The notes under the pieces: model-generated
Seen by the model: the letters and a program-made list of their open reading frames with translations, nothing else
What the model was told of the DNA's origin: nothing
Databases searched by the model: none
In this document: positions 63,961 through 64,000 of the stretch, piece by piece
Layout: each line of letters begins with the position of its first letter
How positions within the stretch are numbered: position 1 is the first letter of the stretch
Assembly (NCBI RefSeq): GCF_030028105.1
Contig: NC_092389.1
Span: 6,657,835 to 6,721,834, forward strand
Direction of reading: 5' to 3'
Source of the DNA: Mobula birostris
Taxonomy: Eukaryota
Length of the DNA stretch: 64,000 nucleotides
Made by a program: the position numbers and the translations under genes

Positions 63961-64000
63961 GTAAGAAATAGTTGCACAGAATTAAGTCTGAGTGGGGTAT

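Overview
Vertebrate genomic DNA, most likely from a cartilaginous fish (ray or shark), judged from its repeat families: HER1/CR1 LINEs, V-SINEs, Deu-type SINE relics and Penelope-like elements. The window holds the tandem serotonin-gated ion channel locus on the + strand. A complete 9-exon HTR3B-like gene (CDS 21976-41204, 452 aa, all introns GT-AG and in phase) is followed by the first three coding exons of HTR3A (58156-63960), which continues past the window. Most of the rest is nested transposon debris: CR1, Rex1/Babar, Tx1, Penelope-like, Tc1/mariner, solo LTRs and SINEs. The most notable observations are: (i) minimal hammerhead-ribozyme motifs in Penelope-derived repeats, including ~135-bp units flanked by target-site duplications (TSDs); (ii) an HTR3B subunit that keeps the A-type ligand-binding and gate residues lost in human HTR3B and lacks the CRAR ER-retention motif; (iii) several clean nested insertions. 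All family assignments come from motif recognition by eye, with no database search. Coordinates of degenerate repeats are approximate.
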